This document shows, piece by piece, positions 58,085 to 64,000 of a stretch of 64,000 nucleotides of DNA. This DNA is from the human T2T-CHM13v2.0 reference genome, Homo sapiens. The translations under genes and the position numbers were made by a program. Location: positions 23,520,001 through 23,584,000 of the forward strand of contig CP068257.2 of assembly GCA_009914755.4 (NCBI GenBank), in the 5' to 3' direction. Numbering within the stretch: the first letter of the stretch is position 1; the number at the start of each line of letters is the position of its first letter. The notes under the pieces are model-generated. The model was given only the letters and a program-made list of their open reading frames with translations, was not told where the DNA came from and ran no database searches.

Positions 58085-59640
58085 GTCTATATACATATTC
58101 ACAGGTGAGGTGAGTCTCTTGTAGGCAGCATATAGCTCAGCCACTCTATGTCTTTCAATTGGAGAATTTAGTTCATTTACATTTAATGTTACTATTGGTA
58201 GTTAGAAACATACCACTGATATTTTCTTGTTTTCTAGGTGTTTCATAACTCCTCTCTTCTTTCCCTCCTTTCTTACTGTTTTTATTTTTTTGTAGTCCAG
58301 TGACTTTTTTTCCGGTAGTATGTTTTAATACACTGCTTTTTATTTTTAATATTTTCTATTGTCTGTTTTTACTTTTTGGCTACCATGAGACTTACAAGAA
58401 ACGTTCCCTAGGTATAAAAAGTTATTTAAAACTGATACCAACTTAACCTTGATTGCAAAACACTAAGAAGAAACAAAAAAGTCAACAAAAAAGGATTGTA
58501 CACATTAAATATCCCCACATTTAGAATTTTTAATGTCATAACTTACATTTTTATAGTGCCTATCTTTTAACAAATTTGGGGAGTTATTATTTCTAATAGT
58601 TTTGTCTTTTAGTCTTCTTAGTAAGGATATACATGGTTTACATGCCACAATCACAGTATTAGTGTAACAAACACATTAGCATTTTTTTTTTTTCAGTTTG
58701 AAAAACTTCCATTAACATTTCCTATGCAACAGGTCTGTAGCAATAAACTCTCTCAGCTTTTGTTTGGGGAAACATCTCTCCTTAACTTCTAAAGGATAAC
58801 TTTGCTGATTATAGTATTCTTGATTGAAGTTTTTTTGTTTGTTTTGTTTTTCTTCAGCACTCTGAATGTATCATTCCACTCTCTCCTGGCCTGTAAGATT
58901 TCTGCTGAGAAGTCTGCTGTCATACAATTGGGTCTCTCTTATACATTATTTGCTTCTTTTCTATTGCTTTTTTTAGAATTCTCTCTTTGTCTTTGACCTT
59001 TTAGAGTTTGATTGTATGTCTTGGGGTATTCTTATTCATAATAAAGCTCATTGGTAAATTTTGACCTTCCTGAACCTGGACACTTATGTTTTATTCTAGG
59101 TTTAGGACATTTTCTACTATTTCTTTGAATACGTTTTCTATTCCTTTCAAAAAATTCTTTCTTTAATTTCAATAGACCAAATATTTGCTTTTTTGAAGTT
59201 GTCCCATAGATCCTTTCAGGTTTCTTCATTACCTTTTATTCTTTTTTTTTTCATTTTTTCTCCTCTGCCTGTACTTTAAAATAGTCTGTCTTTGAACTCA
59301 TTGATTCTATTTGATCAATTCTGCTCTTAATGCTATGTATTGCATTTTCATTTCATCCTTTGTATTTTTCAGTGCTAGTATTTGTCTCGTGTTTTCAAAT
59401 CATTTCAATGTCTGTATTACATTTCTGTGATAAATTTCTGAATTGATTATCTGTGTTTTCTTAAAGTTCACTGGGCTTCCTTAAAACAGCTATTTTGAAT
59501 TCTGTGTCTGAGAGATCCCACACCTTCATCATTTTAGGGTTGGTCTCTGGCACATAATTTTTTCTGTTTGATGACATGAAATTTCCCTGAATGTTCTTGG
59601 TGCTTGGGAACATGTGATAATGTCTGTGCACTCAGGGACT
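58085..59640 (-). mobile_element. Old LINE-1 in antisense orientation: ORF2 endonuclease-domain region, ORF2 start/inter-ORF region, and probable ORF1 C-terminus
   Basis: ...cagccactctatgtctttcaattggagaatttagttcatttacatttaatgttactattgg matches L1 antisense ...ccagtctgtgtcttttaattggagcatttagtccatttacatttaaagttaatattg. ...tggcctgtaagatttctgctgagaagtctgctgtcatacaattgg...ttgaccttcctgaacctgg...gttgtcccatagatcctttcaggtttcttcattacc matches L1 antisense ...tggcttgtagggtttctgccgagagatccgctgttagtctgatgg...catagtcccatatttcttggaggctttgttcatttc. Confidence 0.7.
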
Positions 59641-60497
59641 GAGTATTTATTTTAGTCTTTGCCATCTGCCCTTGTTTGTGCCTGTCCTTCTTCAGAGGCC
59701 CAGGCCTTCCAGGGATTCTAAGCAGATTGTTGTGTTCCCTGACCCTGTGACCACTGCAGCTGTGTCAGCAGTAAAAGACTCTCTAAGACTAGGCTTGTCA
59801 TCAATCTCATGAAGACTCCAAGGTTGATGCAGCTTTCTGGCCAAGTGGACCTTGGGAAGACCCAAGGAGGGTTCTGGGGCTGTGTGGGAACACTGGCCAG
59901 GCACCTGGGTCTAGAAAACTATCCCAGTGGCTCAGATGGGCATATCTCCAGTCAGGTCTCTGCACAGATGGAATTGATCCTCAACTGCAGCATAGAAGTT
60001 GGAGTTGAGACTGTGCTCTCTTGGGATCTGCTATGGGAAAGAGGCTAGTGAACTCACCTTCTTGGCTCAATGGTTATGAATCACCTAGCAGGCCCCTGCC
60101 AAGTGAGGTAGTTCCTCAATTGCAACAGGAGAGGCTGGAGCTGAAACTAGGTCCCCTTGGGATCTGCTGTGGGACAGAGGTTGGTAAGCCTGCAGAGAGG
60201 CTCAGACTCTTGGGCTGCAATATATGAGTGGGTCTCCCTCTAAGTCCCTGTGTGAGCTTCTCTGAGCTGGGACCTCAGCTGGGGTTGGGGACTCCTGTAG
60301 CTGAGCCACAGGGCAACTCTTAGGTTCACTGCCAAGTCCACTGTCAGTGGACAGACAAACCTTTCCACCAAGACCCTAGTGCATATGATTCCTTTTGGAC
60401 CCCTTGGCAGATGATTTTGATTGCATGCTCAAGGCCAAATGGGGCTGTACCCAAGCCCCTTAGAGGACTGAGCTATTTCCAAGTTTGATGTTTTTAA

Positions 60498-60960
60498 ATC
60501 ACTTCAATCATTTTATTTTGACCTTCCTGTACCTGGATACTTATGTTTTACTCTAGGTTTATTATTTTTTTGAATATATTTTCTACTCTTTTCTAAGTTT
60601 CTTCCTTAATTTCAGTAGTCCAAGCATTTGCTCTTTTGAAGCTGTCCCATAGATCCTGTAAGTTTTCTTTATTCCATTCTATCCTTTTCAACAATAGAAA
60701 TTCCTTTCTATTCTTTTCAAATCAGGAGCAAGCTTGGTGAATCAGCCACCTGTGTGTCAGTCTGCACTCTCAAAATGATGCTCCAATGTCTTGGGCTCCA
60801 CTGGGGTTTCACAAACTTCTACCTGAATCTTGAGTTTCTTGCAGATAGACTTTTGACTCTGAAGGTGTGCAGAACTCTTGTTGTATGAGGATATGAGTAG
60901 GTTCCTTCCATTGTGCCTTTTTTTATGCTCTGTGTTCTTATAAGTTGTGTGCTAATATAC
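60498..60960 (-). mobile_element. Second, partial L1 fragment in antisense, re-covering the ORF2-start/inter-ORF segment
   Basis: ttgaccttcctgtacctggatacttatgttttactctaggttt...gctgtcccatagatcctgtaagttttc. About 85% similar to 59045-59260, apart from one ~20-bp deletion. Confidence 0.55.
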
Positions 60961-61165
60961 ATTCATGCCAGTATTCTGTTTTCAGACATGGTGAGAAAAA
61001 TCAGAAAGAAAGAAACCAGCATGACACAGTTTCTTATTTGAGCATCTAAAAGAGTTTGGTGCTCCAGACAGGTAGAAACATAGACCCGCATTTCCATAAT
61101 AGTAGAAGTATTTGTGTTATTTGGAAATAGACTGAGTTGAATGCTTAGACACATCTATAACTTAG

Positions 61166-61589
<424 letters not shown>

Positions 61590-61994
61590 ACTGTTCACTA
61601 TTTGTTTATTACTCACTTTATTACTTGGTTATGTTCCTGAACTATAAGAGTTAGAAGAAGGAACTCCCTACTTGGACATGCCTCTGAATGCAAATAGCTA
61701 TCTTCTCTCAGCTACTATACTCATTAGAAGATGCAAACAACAATTTAACATTTTTTCAACAGCACAAACTTAATTTACCTTGAAAAGAAATACTGAAGCG
61801 TAAGATCAAATTGAATCATTTTAGGAACACCATTAGTATATGCCTGAAAGTCCCTGTGTTCACTCTGCTGCTTTATTTAGATGCTCTGTTGAGAGCATTA
61901 AAATATGAAAGAAAAAGATATGGTTAAGAAATATGGGAAATTAAATATCGTTAACTCATTTACTATGTGAAGTAAACTTTACAGATGGCTATAT

Positions 61995-62340
61995 AGATCA
62001 GTACTGATATATATATATACACATATATTTGTGTATGTGTGTATATATATGTATATCTACGGATATATGGAGAGAGAGACATGCAAATACACATATAGTT
62101 AATTTCACTTTTTCTCCATGGATCACTATAGTATATAAAAATAGATAAAGATTTTTTTAAGTAACTGAAAATGTCAAAACTGAAATGTAAACTTCTCTAG
62201 ATTAAAAATAATAATATAAACATATACGTATATAAAAATGTACTGTATGCATTACATGTACAGTATATATGCATATATATAGCATACATATACAAATAGT
62301 ACTATACCTATATGCATACATATGTACACTCACAAATATA
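61995..62340. repeat. AT-rich low-complexity block with (TA)n, (CATA)n and (TGTA)n runs
   Basis: atatatatatacacatatatttgtgtatgtgtgtatatatatgtatatctacggatatatgg ... catatacgtatataaaaatgtactgtatgcattacatgtacagtatatatgcatatatatagcatacatatacaaatag. Confidence 0.8.
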
Positions 62341-62639
62341 TTCATTCTGTTATGTATCTAGCAGTCTAGGAAAAAGTTTGTTAGTAAATCAATTAAAACT
62401 TGGCTTAGCTCTCTGGTCCATTATTTCTTTTAGATCAAATGGCTATTCCAGCTAAACAGAAAATGCTCCAAGCTAAGCGGCTCTTGGTGCCTGCCCACAT
62501 GAATCCAACCATCTTCTCCACCTACGTATATCTTGTCTAAATATGATTTCATCTTATGGGAAGTATGCTCTGATTTAAAATGTTTTCATGACACACAAAT
62601 TGAAGGTCATTTACTTTCATTAACTCATTGTTAATAGTT

Positions 62640-64000
62640 TTCCGAGGTGTAATTGACATGCCTTACAATTCACCCATTTAAAATTAATTCACTCATTTAA
62701 AGTAAATGGTTTTTAGTGTATTCAGATAGTTGTACAACCATCACCATAGTCAATTTGTTCTCTATTTCCCCAGCTTCCCCCCTACCCACCTGCTGATAGC
62801 CCTAGGCAAGCAGTAATCTTTGTGTCATTCTATAAATTTGTCTATAATGGATATTTCATATAAATTGAATCATACACTATGTGATATTTTGTGATTTTTT
62901 TCACTTAGCATAATGTTTTGAAGGTCCATCATGTGTCATTAGTTTATTTCTATTTATTGCCAAATAATATTTCACTATTTGAATGCACATTTAGTTTATG
63001 AATTTATTATAAACATTTGGGGTGTTTCCACTTTGGGGCTATTATGAATAATGCTGCTATAGACATTCATGTATAAGATATTCACGTGCATATGTTTTTA
63101 CTTCTTTTCATATATATATATGAAATTCCAAACTGCTATATAAGAGGCTGCACAATTTCACATTCCTACCAGTAGTGCATGACAGTTGTGACTTCTTCAC
63201 ACATGTTATCTATCTTTTTGACTATGGCCATCCTATTTGATGTGAAGTATTATTTTATTGGGTTTTTGATTTGCATTTCCCTGTCTAAAGATGTTGAGCA
63301 TCTTTTTATGTGTTTGTTAGCCATTGTATATCTTCTTTAACAAAGTATATGTTCAGATATTTTGTGCAGCTTTAAATTGGGTTATTTCTTTTTATTGTTG
63401 TTTTCATTACAAGAGTTTATTGTAAGAGTTGTTTACATAATATATTCTAGACCCAAATTTCCTATCTAATATATGGCTTACAAATATTTTCTCTTATCCT
63501 GTGGCTTATGTTTTTACTTTCTTGATAGTATCCTTTAAAGCACAAAAATTTTGAATTGATTTTTTCTTTTGTTGTTTGTGCTTTTGATGTCATAGCCAGG
63601 AAACCATTGCCTATTTCAAAATCATGAAGATTTATTCATGTTCATCTAAGAATTTTATAGTTTTAACTCTTTTATTTAGATCTTTGATACATTTTTATTT
63701 AATTTTTATATATGTTTCCAAAACATGGGTCCAGCTTAATTCTTTTGCATGTGGATCTGTACTTGTGCCAGGAGGATCCGTTGAAAAGACTGTTCTTTCC
63801 CCATAGAGTAGTCTTGTCATCACTGCCACACAGCAGTTGGCCAGAAGTGTGAAGGTTTGCTTCTGGACTCTCAATTCTATTCCATTAATCTGTGTGTCTA
63901 TACTTATGTAATATCATGCTACCTTGATTACTGTACCTTTGTAATAAGTTTTAAAGTCTGAAACCACGAGTCCTTAAATTTTTTCTTTTTGTTTCAAGAT
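62640..64000 (-). mobile_element. Old LINE-1 in antisense (ORF2 C-terminal half), running off the right edge of the window
   Basis: gtaattgacatgccttacaattcacccatttaaa...ggggctattatgaataatgctgctatagacattcatgta...gggtccagcttaattcttttgcatgtggat...actgttctttccccatagagtagtcttg...ctggactctcaattctattccattaatctgtgtgtctatacttatg...cttgattactgtacctttgtaataagttttaaagtctgaaacc...ttttgtttcaagat, the familiar L1M ORF2 antisense pattern. Confidence 0.75.

Overview
This window is primate (almost certainly human) nuclear genomic DNA, not a prokaryotic or phage locus. It is AT-rich, CpG-depleted and saturated with primate retrotransposons. I could not support any protein-coding gene, CpG island or structured operon; nearly every ORF in the six-frame track falls inside a repeat.

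What I can read directly:
- About 18 Alu elements, several with clean target-site duplications.
- Two LINE-1 3' ends near 1.7-3.5 kb, one carrying a nested Alu.
- A full-length THE1-type MaLR retroelement with both LTRs (4537-6711).
- Three MaLR solo LTRs (3564-3917, 40195-40715, 45433-45832) and one LTR-class repeat of uncertain family (35466-36030).
- An L1-derived antisense cluster from 58 kb to the end of the window.
- Several microsatellites.

The more unusual items:
- A retroposed, 3'-truncated 5S rRNA pseudogene with a 14-17 bp target-site duplication (39977-40066).
- Three pairs of short (about 85-110 bp), high-identity direct repeats lying 2-5 kb apart (12.7/14.9 kb, 26.3/29.3 kb, 35.5/40.7 kb). 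I cannot assign them to any repeat family I recognise.
- An internally duplicated L1 ORF2-start segment with an interposed GC-richer block carrying its own roughly 140-bp internal repeat (59.0-60.7 kb).

Repeat family and subfamily names are from memory of consensus sequences and need confirmation with RepeatMasker/Dfam. Coordinates are accurate to within a few bases.
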